From positions 1 through 59,289 of the forward strand of contig CBDUYR010000013.1 in the NCBI GenBank assembly GCA_965371515.1: DNA of 59,289 nucleotides, given 5' to 3'. Under the pieces are notes generated by a model that saw nothing but the letters and a program-made list of their open reading frames with translations, did no database searches and had not been told where the DNA came from. A program made the position numbers and the translations under genes. Position 1 is the first letter of the stretch, and the number at the start of each line of letters is the position of its first letter. This DNA is from an uncultured bacterium. Its GTDB lineage: Bacteria > Krumholzibacteriota > Krumholzibacteriia > Krumholzibacteriales > Krumholzibacteriaceae. Below are positions 1-9,720 of the stretch, piece by piece.

Positions 1-666
1 TTCTTTCATACCCTGCTCGGTCCGGACCATTATCTCCCCTTCATAATGATGGCGAGAGCGGGGCGCTGGTCTAACTCGAAGACGGCGATCGTTACTGTCC
101 TGTGCGGGGTCGGCCATGTGCTGAGCTCCGTACTCCTCGGATTCGCCGGGATCTTCCTCGGCACTCAGCTCTCGAGGCTCGAGGCGTTCGAGTCGGCACG
201 CGGCGAGATCGCCGCCTGGCTGCTGATCGTCTTCGGGCTCCTTTATTTTATCTGGGGTGTCCGCAGGGCAATCCTCAACAGGCCGCACAGGCACGAGCAC
301 AAGCATCTCGGCGACGTCGTCCACGAGCACTCGCACGACCATCACGACGAACATGCCCATCCTCATCTCGAGAAGGGCCGGCCCAACTACACCCCGTGGG
401 TCCTCTTCGTGATATTCGTCCTCGGCCCGTGCGAGCCCCTGATACCGATCCTGCTGTATCCCGCCGCCAGACACGACATGGGGAGCGTGATCCTCGTCGG
501 TTCGATCTTCTCAGTCGTTACAGTCGGTACGATGCTGGCTGCAGTGATGCTGTCGCTGGCGGGAGTGAAGATGGTAAGGCTGGACAGGCTGGAGAGGTAT
601 TCTCACGCGCTTGCCGGAGCGATTGTCATGTTCAGCGGCCTGGGGATACGCTTTCTCGGGCTCTGA
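1..666 (+). CDS. Nickel/cobalt transporter-like membrane protein (NicO/UreH/HoxN-related), 5'-truncated by the window edge
   Basis: Frame 1 is open from base 1 (FFHTLLGPDHYLPFIMM). It has an HxxxPDH motif, a His-rich loop (HRHEHKH..HEHSHDHHDEHAHPH), a GPCEP motif and several TM segments. Confidence 0.75.
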   Translation, partial: FFHTLLGPDHYLPFIMMARAGRWSNSKTAIVTVLCGVGHVLSSVLLGFAGIFLGTQLSRLEAFESARGEIAAWLLIVFGLLYFIWGVRRAILNRPHRHEHKHLGDVVHEHSHDHHDEHAHPHLEKGRPNYTPWVLFVIFVLGPCEPLIPILLYPAARHDMGSVILVGSIFSVVTVGTMLAAVMLSLAGVKMVRLDRLERYSHALAGAIVMFSGLGIRFLGL

Positions 667-1546
667 GCGTACCGATCTGCGAGACGATTATTCCCAGCAG
701 CATCAGCACGCATCCTGCAAGCCCCCTCGCGGGGAGCACCTCACCGAGAACGAGCCATCCGCCGAGAGCGGCGAAGATTGTCTCGAGGCTCAGTATTATC
801 GCTGCATGGGCGGGAGGAGTCTTGCGCTGTGCTATGATCTGAAGCGTATATGCCACTCCGACCGACAGCAGCCCTCCGTACAGGATGGGGAGGGTGGCGT
901 CAAGTATTCCCGCGATCTCGATCTCCTCGAACAGGAGCGCCGCGGCAAAGCTCAGAACTGAACATGCGACGAACTGTATCATTGCAAGCACCACCGCTTC
1001 GGTCTTGTGGATCAGTACGCTTATCAGCAGCACATGTATCGCCCAGAACAGAGTTCCGGCGAGGACGATCAGATCGCCCTTCGAGATCGAGAAGGTGCCG
1101 GTGAAGCTCAGGAGGTAGAGTCCCGCGGCGGCAAGGAGAACCCCGAACCAGGTGCCGGCTGCGGTCTTGCGGCCGATAGCGATGCCCAGAACAGGCACGA
1201 GGACCACGTAAAGCCCCGTGATGAATCCAGCCTTGCCGGCGGTCGTGTATACGAGGCCCGTCTGCTGGAATGAGGCGCCGAGAAAGATCACAGTACCCGC
1301 GACGATGCCGCCCATCAGCGTCGTGCGTTTCCATCCGCCGCCTTCATCCGGCCCGGCTCCGCGCCGCCTTCGCGCCGCCGCGATCGCAAAAGGCAGGAGC
1401 GCGAGACTTCCCAGCGCGAACCTGACTGCGTTGAAGGTGAACGGCCCGACATGCCTCATCCCCACTCGCTGCGCTACGAACGCGAATCCCCAGATGATCG
1501 CAGCGAGCAGCAGGAGGCCTTCCGATCCGAGCTGGCCCTTTTTCAC
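632..1546 (-). CDS. DMT/EamA family transporter
   Basis: About 10 TM in two repeats, with IWG-F, RF, GFITGLYVV and IILSLE motifs. Confidence 0.9.
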   Translation of the reverse strand: MKKGQLGSEGLLLLAAIIWGFAFVAQRVGMRHVGPFTFNAVRFALGSLALLPFAIAAARRRRGAGPDEGGGWKRTTLMGGIVAGTVIFLGASFQQTGLVYTTAGKAGFITGLYVVLVPVLGIAIGRKTAAGTWFGVLLAAAGLYLLSFTGTFSISKGDLIVLAGTLFWAIHVLLISVLIHKTEAVVLAMIQFVACSVLSFAAALLFEEIEIAGILDATLPILYGGLLSVGVAYTLQIIAQRKTPPAHAAIILSLETIFAALGGWLVLGEVLPARGLAGCVLMLLGIIVSQIGTLRARESVSPGR

Positions 1547-1570
1547 GATATCCTCCCGATAGCGGGACTG

Positions 1571-2713
1571 CTAGTGGCTGAAGGTATACTTGTAATTGCT
1601 GAACAGGCTTCTCGTCTTGTGAAGGTAGAAGTCGTGCTCCACGGGGCTGTAGTCGAGGTACTTGTATCCTTCTATCGACATTGCTCCCGCCGACTCGATC
1701 TGTGTTCCTTCGTGCCATTCGTTGAATGACGTGATCCCGATGAACGGGGGCTGGATCCTGTGCGTCTCGACGAACATCGCGTAATAATACTCTCCCCTGT
1801 CCCGGTCGCGCCTGTTGACGTCGTTCCACGGCCTGATGCGGGTATCGTCGTAGCCGGGGCCGATGCAGGGGATGAAGAGAGTCTCGTTATCGAGTGCCCA
1901 TCCTGCGATATCCTGCCAGTTCGTTGTAGTCGAGCCCCACGTGAAGCCGTCGATCGCGAAATATGTATAACAGCCGTCGAATCCGCTGTCGAGTATGAAG
2001 TCGAGGTGATCCTCCTCGACGAGCAGCCCGATGACCAGTGCGTCGTATTCGGTACCGCGGATAGTGTTCGCGCCTCCGGGCGTGAGTATCGTCTTCCACT
2101 TGTCTGCGTCGATCAGGTACGAGTCGTAGACGTAGAACATCGGCTTCTCGCCGAACCTGTCGGTCCTGTAGAAGGCCGGATGATCGCCGTATTCGTCGAT
2201 TATATATGCGATCGCCTCTCTTGTCGCCGCCGCCGTCCGCCCCTCGAACGGTTCTATATGAAAATCGACCCTGAGGCCGTGCTGCCACGCGGCGTCGAGT
2301 ATGCCGGGGACCGCTTTATCGGAAAAGCTGTTCCGTCCCCACCACGAGACGCAGATCACGCCGGCGCCGGCCAGACGGATCTCGAAGCAGTGCCTGGCGA
2401 TCGTCACGGGGTCGTTCGAGCTGTAGCAGCCGGTTCTCGGGTAGAAATTCGAGCCGATGTCGTCCCCGCCGGGGTAGGACCTGCCGGTCTCGCTTCCATC
2501 CGGCTCGAGAACGGCGTGATTCCAGTGCCTGTATTCGCCGTCGAATTCGGGAGTCCCGTACCAGGCGTAGTAGAAGATGTGGAAATCCATAGACCTGGGC
2601 AGATATTCGGGAAGCCCTGAGATCTGCTCATCCAGTTTGCTGTCGTCTCCGCCGCCGCAGCCGGCTGCGAGGACGAGAATCGCCGCGAGAAGGATACATA
2701 TCGGTCCGCGCAT
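1571..2713 (-). CDS. Glycoside hydrolase family 99 (endo-alpha-mannosidase/mannanase-like) lipoprotein
   Basis: Lipobox LAAGC. Motifs HIFYYAWYG, FYP..GCYSS, FHIEP, PGYDD and the catalytic TSFNEWHEGTQIE. Confidence 0.9.
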   Translation of the reverse strand: MRGPICILLAAILVLAAGCGGGDDSKLDEQISGLPEYLPRSMDFHIFYYAWYGTPEFDGEYRHWNHAVLEPDGSETGRSYPGGDDIGSNFYPRTGCYSSNDPVTIARHCFEIRLAGAGVICVSWWGRNSFSDKAVPGILDAAWQHGLRVDFHIEPFEGRTAAATREAIAYIIDEYGDHPAFYRTDRFGEKPMFYVYDSYLIDADKWKTILTPGGANTIRGTEYDALVIGLLVEEDHLDFILDSGFDGCYTYFAIDGFTWGSTTTNWQDIAGWALDNETLFIPCIGPGYDDTRIRPWNDVNRRDRDRGEYYYAMFVETHRIQPPFIGITSFNEWHEGTQIESAGAMSIEGYKYLDYSPVEHDFYLHKTRSLFSNYKYTFSH

Positions 2714-2778
2714 GTCATTTTCTCCATCGAAACGGGGTACGGGTCGACGACGCCGACCGCAACATCATACGTTATTGC

Positions 2779-2807
2779 AGGATAACCAAGAAGTTCCCGC
2801 CAGTCAA
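2779..2807 (-). promoter_or_regulatory. Putative sigma70 promoter for the GH99 gene
   Basis: TTGACT-N17-TATCCT on the minus strand. Confidence 0.5.
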
Positions 2808-2823
2808 GGGGGCGAAAAGAGTC

Positions 2824-2853
2824 TTGAAGGGGACCGCGGCGGGCATTTAGAAT
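2824..2853 (+). promoter_or_regulatory. Putative sigma70 promoter for the yitT-led gene string
   Basis: TTGAAG-N18-TAGAAT. Confidence 0.45.
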
Positions 2854-2901
2854 GTCAGGGCAGAGATTGACCTCATACTTTATCAGGATTCGGGAGAGAT
2901 C

Positions 2902-3894
2902 GTGAAAGGATCGTTCAGAAGGACCTTCGTCGAATATCTATTCATCACGATCGGGGCTTTCATCATGTCCCTCGGAGTCGGTGTATTCCTTATCGACGCG
3001 AAGGTCGTGCCGGGAGGGGTCACAGGGCTCTCAATGGCTGTGCACTATATGACGGGGAACACGATTCCGGTCGGGATCCTCATGTGGGTACTCAACATTC
3101 CTCTCTTCATCTGGGGAATCGTCGAGCTGGGCAGGTCATTCGGATTCAGGACTTTCTGGGGATTCAGCGTGAACGCCTTCTTCATCGATTTCCTCCGCGG
3201 TGACATCGTGAAGTCGATCAGGCTCCAGGACAGCGTGGCTGTCCAGTACCTTCTCGAGAACGATTTCTTTTTCCTTGTCCTCATCGGTGCAGTCTTTCTC
3301 GGCGTTGGACTCGGGATCATATTCAAGTTCAAGGGCACCACGGCGGGCAGCGACATCGTCGCGGCGATCGCGAGAAAGCGCTGGAAGTTCAAGCCGGGGA
3401 TAACGATCATCGTCACAGACTTTTTCGTCATATGCATCGCCGGGCTGGCGATCCATCTCAAGGGGCTGTCGCCCGGAACGCCGGTCCTCGTCCTCATGCT
3501 TTACTCGTTCCTCCTCCTTCTGATCTCCTCGCAGCTGATCGACGTGATAATATTCGGATTCGACTACGCCAAGTCGGCTTACATCATCTCCGACAGGCAC
3601 GAGGAGATCGCAAGCGAGATAACGCAGGGACTCGGCAGGGGAGCCACAGCCTTCCACGGGAAGGGGCTGTACAAGGGAGTCGAGAGGGACATCATCTTCA
3701 CCGTGGTCAGCCGTCGCGAGATATTCAGGCTCGTCGAGAGGGTAAAGAAGATCGATCCCAATGCCTTCATGATAATCAGCCGCGTGCACGAGGTGCTCGG
3801 CGAGGGCTTCATGCCGAGGGGCGAGGTCGATCTCGACAAGCTGACGATGATAAAGAAAAACAGTAAACAATTGCCGGGAAAGAAGGATGCATGA
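2902..3894 (+). CDS. YitT family membrane protein
   Basis: PGGVTG, NIPLF and GTTAGSDI motifs, plus a C-terminal RGAT..G.G.Y...IDPNAF...EVLGEGF domain. Confidence 0.9.
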   Translation: MKGSFRRTFVEYLFITIGAFIMSLGVGVFLIDAKVVPGGVTGLSMAVHYMTGNTIPVGILMWVLNIPLFIWGIVELGRSFGFRTFWGFSVNAFFIDFLRGDIVKSIRLQDSVAVQYLLENDFFFLVLIGAVFLGVGLGIIFKFKGTTAGSDIVAAIARKRWKFKPGITIIVTDFFVICIAGLAIHLKGLSPGTPVLVLMLYSFLLLLISSQLIDVIIFGFDYAKSAYIISDRHEEIASEITQGLGRGATAFHGKGLYKGVERDIIFTVVSRREIFRLVERVKKIDPNAFMIISRVHEVLGEGFMPRGEVDLDKLTMIKKNSKQLPGKKDA

Positions 3895-4373
3895 ACCGCT
3901 ACCACGTCCGGCGAAAGGAAAAGGAGATAATTGACGCGGGCGAGATGCGCGAAATACTGGTCTCCGGCAGGCTCGCGTCTATAGCGCTGTGCCGGGACGG
4001 CGAACCATACGTCGTCACTATGAATTACGGCTACGATGAGGAGAGCGAGACGCTCTACTTTCACTGTGCACACGAGGGACAGAAGATAGATTTTATCAAT
4101 GACAACGATCGCGCCTGTGCTACCGTTGTCGAGGATAACGGCTACAGGCACGGAGAATGCGAGCACGCATACCGCTCGGTCGTAATCCGCGGCACAATCG
4201 GGATAGTCGAGGAGCTCGAGGAAAAGAAGCACGGGCTGAAGGTCCTGCTCGAGCACCAGGAGAAGGAGCCGGAACCAATAAGGAAACGCACCCTTCCAGA
4301 CGACGGATCGTACGGGAAGCTCGGAGTTCTGAAGATCGACATAGAGAATATAACGGGGAAACAGGGATTGTAA
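3891..4373 (+). CDS. Pyridoxamine 5'-phosphate oxidase-like flavin-binding protein (NimA-like)
   Basis: Motifs PYVV.MNY, LYFHCA.EG.K, YRSVVIRG and ITGK. ATGA overlap with the upstream gene. Confidence 0.85.
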   Translation: MNRYHVRRKEKEIIDAGEMREILVSGRLASIALCRDGEPYVVTMNYGYDEESETLYFHCAHEGQKIDFINDNDRACATVVEDNGYRHGECEHAYRSVVIRGTIGIVEELEEKKHGLKVLLEHQEKEPEPIRKRTLPDDGSYGKLGVLKIDIENITGKQGL

Positions 4374-4396
4374 GGCAACAGGAGGAACGAGGAATA

Positions 4397-5533
4397 ATGA
4401 GAAGAACCCTGATGATGGTCGTAGCTCTCTCACTGGTCTCGGGGATGTCGTGCGAGAAAGTTGGAGAGGGAGGGAATGGATCCAGGGTCTTCTCCGACGA
4501 GGAGTTCGCCAGGCCCGCAGAAGGCATAATACGTAACATCTATCACTGCCAGAGGCTCCGGGGCGAGCCGGTCATCGATGGCAGGATCAACGAGGAGGAG
4601 TGGAAGGGTGCAATCTGGACCGAGGATTTCGTCGATATCACCGGAGGCGGGGAGTATCCTTCGCTGCGTACCCAGGTAAAGATGGCGTGGGACGATGACT
4701 ATTTCTTCCTGGCCGCCAGGCTCGAGGAGCCTCACGTTCAGGCGACGCTTACCGGGCGCGATGCCGTCATATGGCACGACAATGACTTCGAGGTGTTCAT
4801 AGATCCAGACGGTGATACCCACGAATACTACGAACTCGAGATCAACGCTTTGGCAACCGTCTTCGATCTCTTTCTCGTAAAACCCTACCGGGACGGCGGA
4901 CCGGCGGTCCATTACTGGGACATTGCCGGTCTGAAGAAGGCGGTGAGCATTGACGGCACCCTGAACGACCCGTCGGACCGCGACACGGGCTGGGAGATCG
5001 AGCTGGCGATACCGTGGAAGGTTCTTGCCGAGTGCGCCAACCGTGCCGCTCCACCGTCCGAAGGCGATGTCTGGAGGATCAATTTCTCCCGCGTCGAATG
5101 GAAAACGGTTGTCGAGGGAGGGCGTTACGTCAAGGCCACGGATCCAGAAACAGGAAAACCATATGCCGAGAGCAACTGGACCTGGTCGCCGCAGGGGATC
5201 GTGAACATGCACTATCCCGAGATGTGGGGATATGTCCTCTTCACGAACGCGGTCAGGTCATGGGGCGGAAGCGCCTTCGAGCCCGGCCCCGAAGAAGAGG
5301 CCTGGGACGCGCTTCGAGATCTCTATTACGCGGAGAAGACGTGGTTCCTCAAGTACGGAGAATACACCGCCGATTTCGGAGCACTGGGACTGAAGAACAG
5401 GGAAATATTCGATCACGAGTGGCCGCCGGCGCTCGAGGCCACGAAGAACAGGTTCGAGGCGAGGCTTAATGCACTGGACGGCTCGGGCGTCAAACAGATA
5501 ACCGAGGACGGAAGGACCAGGATCATCGAGTGA
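4397..5533 (+). CDS. Carbohydrate-binding family 9-like (sugar-binding DOMON) exported protein, probable lipoprotein
   Basis: ATG at 4397 follows a GGAGG/GAGG RBS and a signal ending SGMSC. Motifs IDG.I.E.EW, DNDFEVFIDP, YYELEIN, WRINFSR and MHYPEMWG. Confidence 0.75.
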   Translation: MRRTLMMVVALSLVSGMSCEKVGEGGNGSRVFSDEEFARPAEGIIRNIYHCQRLRGEPVIDGRINEEEWKGAIWTEDFVDITGGGEYPSLRTQVKMAWDDDYFFLAARLEEPHVQATLTGRDAVIWHDNDFEVFIDPDGDTHEYYELEINALATVFDLFLVKPYRDGGPAVHYWDIAGLKKAVSIDGTLNDPSDRDTGWEIELAIPWKVLAECANRAAPPSEGDVWRINFSRVEWKTVVEGGRYVKATDPETGKPYAESNWTWSPQGIVNMHYPEMWGYVLFTNAVRSWGGSAFEPGPEEEAWDALRDLYYAEKTWFLKYGEYTADFGALGLKNREIFDHEWPPALEATKNRFEARLNALDGSGVKQITEDGRTRIIE

Positions 5534-5570
5534 GCCTCGCGCGGGGCCACAGGGGAGCGATCAAAGCGAC

Positions 5571-6257
5571 ATGAACGAAGCTGTCGAAGCATTCACCGTA
5601 GTGCTGATAGTGGCGAACGGGATTTTCTCGTTCCGAGGATTCGGCAACAGGCTTTTCCTCGAGAGGTATCTCTTTCACGAGGGGAGCATACTGGGGCGGC
5701 GGGAGTATTACAGGCTGTTGACCTCGGGATTCCTTCACGCCAATATCCCGCACCTCGCGTTCAACATGCTTGCCCTATACTCGTTCAGCCAGGGAATCGG
5801 CCGTGTCGTCGGGATACTCGATTTCGTACTGATATATTTCGGTAGTCTCATCGCCGGCAACTTGCTCGCGCTTCAGATCAACCGCAGGAATCCCGAGTAC
5901 AGGGCGCTCGGGGCGTCCGGCGCGGTGAGCGGCGTAATATTCGCCAGCATCCTGATGTACCCGCACGGCTCGATCTCATTCCTCTTCTTTCCAATTGCCA
6001 TCCCGTCGTGGCTCTTCGGGATCGGCTTCGTCCTGATATCGATCTACGGGATAAGGACCGGATTTGGGAACCTCGGCCATGAGGCGCATCTCGGCGGCGC
6101 CATTGCGGGCGTGGTTATGACGACCATCCTCGAACCGGGGATGCTGGGCGCGAGGCTCTGGCTGGTGCTCGCGCTGATCGTTCCATCGGCGGTTTATCTC
6201 TACATTCTGGTCAAGAGGCCGGACCTCGCCGGCAGAAGGAGGCCCGGAAAACGATGA
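5571..6257 (+). CDS. Rhomboid family intramembrane serine protease
   Basis: FLH...HLAFN, catalytic GASG and AHLGG. Confidence 0.92.
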   Translation: MNEAVEAFTVVLIVANGIFSFRGFGNRLFLERYLFHEGSILGRREYYRLLTSGFLHANIPHLAFNMLALYSFSQGIGRVVGILDFVLIYFGSLIAGNLLALQINRRNPEYRALGASGAVSGVIFASILMYPHGSISFLFFPIAIPSWLFGIGFVLISIYGIRTGFGNLGHEAHLGGAIAGVVMTTILEPGMLGARLWLVLALIVPSAVYLYILVKRPDLAGRRRPGKR

Positions 6258-7177
6258 AGAAGATAGGACTGGCACTCGGATCGGGAGCGGCCAGGGGTCT
6301 GAGCCAGATCGGTATGCTGCTCTGGCTCAAGGAAAACAGAATCGAGGTCAGCTGCATATCCGGCACATCGATAGGATCGATAATCGGCGCCGCGATGGCG
6401 TACGGATACACACCTGAGTACCTGAGGGATATCGCCCTCGGTATCAAGTGGACCGATACTCTGAAATATCTCAGGCCGTCGCTCAAAGGCAAGAGCTTCC
6501 TCGAATGGAGAAAAATAGACGAGTTCATGCGCGAGATGTTTGGAGACAGGATGATCGAGGAGCTGAAGATTCCCTACGCCTGCGTTGCCACGGATATCGA
6601 TACGGGCAATGAGTATGTCTTCAGGACAGGACGGGTCACGGAAGCGCTGAGGGCGTCCGCCTGCATTCCGGCGATTTTTCCCGCCGTGGAGATGGAGGGA
6701 CTCCACCTCGTCGACGGCGCGCTGGTAAATCCCGTACCCATAAACGTCGCATTTGAGCTCGGCGCCGAGGTTGTTATCGGCGTCAACGTAAACCTCTCGA
6801 TATTCACCGAGAGGATGACATTCGGGGAGGATGTGCCCGCATCGCGGATGGACCGGGTCGACGGCAGACTGAAAGAGCTCATAGAAAAGAATCCGCTTGT
6901 ACAGAGGGGGCTGATCGATACCAGGAGACTTGGGGAGAAATACGAAAAGCTCCGCAGAAAAAGAAATATAATGGACGTCGTTACCGATACAGCCGCTATT
7001 ACCGCGTCGAAGATCCTTTCACTCCAGCTGCTCGATACCGACGGACCCCTCTACCTTCTCAGGCCGGATGTCGGCGGCTACCAGGATTTCGATTTCGATA
7101 TGGCTGAAGATATCGTGAATCACGGTTACAGGGAGGCAGAGGAAGCAGGCGAGGAACTTCTCGCGTTCTGTCGATAG
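6254..7177 (+). CDS. Patatin-like phospholipase (RssA-like)
   Basis: LALGSGAARG, nucleophile GTSIG, ASACIP and DGA. Confidence 0.9.
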   Translation: MKKIGLALGSGAARGLSQIGMLLWLKENRIEVSCISGTSIGSIIGAAMAYGYTPEYLRDIALGIKWTDTLKYLRPSLKGKSFLEWRKIDEFMREMFGDRMIEELKIPYACVATDIDTGNEYVFRTGRVTEALRASACIPAIFPAVEMEGLHLVDGALVNPVPINVAFELGAEVVIGVNVNLSIFTERMTFGEDVPASRMDRVDGRLKELIEKNPLVQRGLIDTRRLGEKYEKLRRKRNIMDVVTDTAAITASKILSLQLLDTDGPLYLLRPDVGGYQDFDFDMAEDIVNHGYREAEEAGEELLAFCR

Positions 7178-7189
7178 CTGTATGGGGAA

Positions 7190-9025
7190 ATGATGAAGCT
7201 GAAAAAAGAGCTCGGACTCCTCGATGTTTTCTGCCTCGCGAGCGGGGCGATGATCAGCTCAGGACTGTTCATACTCCCCGGTATGGCCCATGCCCGTGCG
7301 GGCCCGGCCGTGATCGCGAGCTATTTCCTCGCCGCGCTCTTCGCACTGACCGGCCTGCTGAGCCAGGCCGAGCTCGTTTCGGCGATGCCCAAGGCGGGAG
7401 GGACGTATTTCTACGTCAAGCGCGCGATGGGGCCGGCGATGGGATCGGTCGACGGACTCGTCACCTGGTTCTCCCTGACGCTCAAGAGCGCATTCGCCCT
7501 CGTGGGAATGGCCGCATTTTCGGCGTATATCATAGATATCGACGTAAGGCTCATCGCGCTGACCCTATGTACGGTGTTCGTTGCCCTGAACCTGGTCGGC
7601 ATCAAGGAAGCGGCCAGGGTGCAGGTCGTCCTCGTGGTCGGGCTGCTCGCGGCGCTCGCCGTCTACACAGTCAGAGGCGTACCGTCGGTCACAGTCGAGA
7701 ACCTCGCACCGTTCAGTCCTTACGGGTGGGGGGCGGTCCTCTCTACGACCGGTTTCGTTTTCGTCTCGTACGGCGGCCTTCTGAAAGTCGCGAGCGTTGC
7801 CGAGGAGGTAAGGAACCCGGGCCGCGTGGTGCCCCTCGGGATGATACTGTCGCTACTCGTAGTAAGCCTGCTCTACGTGGCGGTCGTATTTGTCACGGCG
7901 GGTGTGATGGACGACGCGAAGCTCAATATATCGATTACGCCGATATCTGACGGTGCCGCCGTCTTCTTTGGAAGCAAGGGAAGGATAATCCTCGGTATAG
8001 CGGCTATATTCGCCTTCATCTCGACGGCCAACGCGGGGATCATGGCGGCGTCGAGATATCCTCTGGCCCTGAGCAGGGACGGGCTCCTTCCCGGAATGCT
8101 CGGGAGGATCAATGAGAGGTTCAAGACCCCTCATTTCTCGATCCTAGCCACGGGGATCGTGATGTCGGCCTTCCTCTTCTTCAAACTCGAAATACTCGTC
8201 AAGGCTGCCTCGGCCGTGATGATCCTCACATATTCCTTCTCCTGCCTGTCGATCATTATACTGAGGGAGAGCAGGCTCCAGAACTACCAGCCCGTTTTCA
8301 GGTCGCCTCTGTATCCATGGGTCCAGATAGCCGGAATCGCCGGATCGATCTTCCTCCTTGCGAGCATGGGAAAGACCGCCCTGACGACTGTCGCCGCGGC
8401 CCTCTTCTGCGGATTTCTCGTCTATTGGGTATACGGGAGAATCAGGTCCGGCAGGGAGTTCGCCCTGCTGCACATAATCGAAAGGATAACGGCGAAGGAG
8501 CTTACGACCCGCTCGCTCGAATCGGAGCTCAAGGAGATAATCCGCGAGCGCGACGACATCGTGAAGGACCGCTTCGACCACCTCATAGAGAAAGCCATCG
8601 TGATGGACGTCGCCGGGCCGCTCAAGGCGGCCGAGTTTTTCGCGATGGTCGCCGACGAGATGGCCGACAGACTGGGCATCGAAAAGGCGATCATGATGAA
8701 GCTCCTTCACGACAGGGAAAAGGACAGCAGCACTGTCCTGACGCAGGGTCTGGCTATTCCGCACATCGTCGTACGCGGAGAGGGGCGGTTCGAGATAATG
8801 CTCGCGAGGTGCAGGGGAGGGGTCGAGTTTTCCGAATCGGCCACCAACATCAGGGCGATATTCGTCCTGGCCGGCTCGCGTGACGAGAGGAATTTCCACC
8901 TGCGCGCACTGGCTGGGCTTGCGCAGATCGTACAGGATCCGCACTTTGACAAAAGATGGGTCAGTGCCAAGGGCAGGGAGGACCTCAGGGACCTGATACT
9001 GCTCGGAAAGAGACAAAGGCAATGA
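7190..9025 (+). CDS. APC-superfamily amino acid permease fused to a C-terminal PTS EIIA (Ntr/Fru-type) domain
   Basis: About 12 TM with GAMISSG, AEL...P.AGG.Y and AEEVRNP. The C-terminal domain has RE...ST, AIPH (phospho-His) and HLRALA. Confidence 0.88.
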   Translation: MMKLKKELGLLDVFCLASGAMISSGLFILPGMAHARAGPAVIASYFLAALFALTGLLSQAELVSAMPKAGGTYFYVKRAMGPAMGSVDGLVTWFSLTLKSAFALVGMAAFSAYIIDIDVRLIALTLCTVFVALNLVGIKEAARVQVVLVVGLLAALAVYTVRGVPSVTVENLAPFSPYGWGAVLSTTGFVFVSYGGLLKVASVAEEVRNPGRVVPLGMILSLLVVSLLYVAVVFVTAGVMDDAKLNISITPISDGAAVFFGSKGRIILGIAAIFAFISTANAGIMAASRYPLALSRDGLLPGMLGRINERFKTPHFSILATGIVMSAFLFFKLEILVKAASAVMILTYSFSCLSIIILRESRLQNYQPVFRSPLYPWVQIAGIAGSIFLLASMGKTALTTVAAALFCGFLVYWVYGRIRSGREFALLHIIERITAKELTTRSLESELKEIIRERDDIVKDRFDHLIEKAIVMDVAGPLKAAEFFAMVADEMADRLGIEKAIMMKLLHDREKDSSTVLTQGLAIPHIVVRGEGRFEIMLARCRGGVEFSESATNIRAIFVLAGSRDERNFHLRALAGLAQIVQDPHFDKRWVSAKGREDLRDLILLGKRQRQ

Positions 9026-9615
9026 ATGGAAAGGAAGCCCTCGATAAACTTCTCGGGGGGAACATGAGATATCTTGCGGGCGAGTGCCAGGGGGAGAGAC
9101 GCCACGAGGGCCGGAGGGCCGAGACGGTCTGCGGCCAGGACCCATTCGCTATAGTCCTAGGCTGCTCCGATTCGAGGGTGCCGCCCGAGATCATCTTCGA
9201 CAGCGGCATCGGCGATCTCTTCGTCATACGCGTTGCCGGGGAGGTGGCGGGCGAATTCGTCCTCGGATCGATCGAGTACGCCGCCGCGCATCTTCATACC
9301 CCTCTGCTGCTCGTGCTAGGCCATACGAGTTGCGGAGCTGTTACAGCCGCAGTCTCGGGGGCAGAGGAAGAAGGATGTATCGGGGCCGTCCTCGGCGAAC
9401 TCTGTGAGGCCGTCGAGGCCTCACAGAGCAGTTGTACTGAGGATACGGGCGAGGCCGAACGGGTCCTCGGCGCGGTGAAGGAGAATGCGCTGATGATAGC
9501 CCGGAAGCTGCGTTCGTCGGAACCGATTCTGAAGAAACACGTAGATGACGGTTCGCTGCTTGTCACCGCAGCTCTCTACAACATCGAATCGGGCATCGTT
9601 TCGCTTCTAGAATAA
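9022..9615 (+). CDS. Beta-class carbonic anhydrase
   Basis: Zn-ligand motifs CSDSRV, GDLFVIRVAG and HTSCGAV. ATGA overlap with the permease. Confidence 0.93.
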   Translation: MNGKEALDKLLGGNMRYLAGECQGERRHEGRRAETVCGQDPFAIVLGCSDSRVPPEIIFDSGIGDLFVIRVAGEVAGEFVLGSIEYAAAHLHTPLLLVLGHTSCGAVTAAVSGAEEEGCIGAVLGELCEAVEASQSSCTEDTGEAERVLGAVKENALMIARKLRSSEPILKKHVDDGSLLVTAALYNIESGIVSLLE

Positions 9616-9664
9616 GCGCTGGGATGATGTTGGCCAGAGTACGCTGCGTGTTTCCTGCTGGATG

Positions 9665-9673
9665 TGATATAAT
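9665..9673 (+). promoter_or_regulatory. Extended -10 promoter for the low-GC islet
   Basis: TGATATAAT matches TGnTATAAT. Confidence 0.45.
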
Positions 9674-9720
9674 ATCGCTAATATACGTACCAATAATGAC
9701 CTGAGACTAATGGTTCAGAG

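Noticed and set aside
4157..4396. N-terminal extension of the CBM9-like ORF
   Set aside because: It overlaps the upstream gene. The RBS and signal peptide point to ATG 4397.
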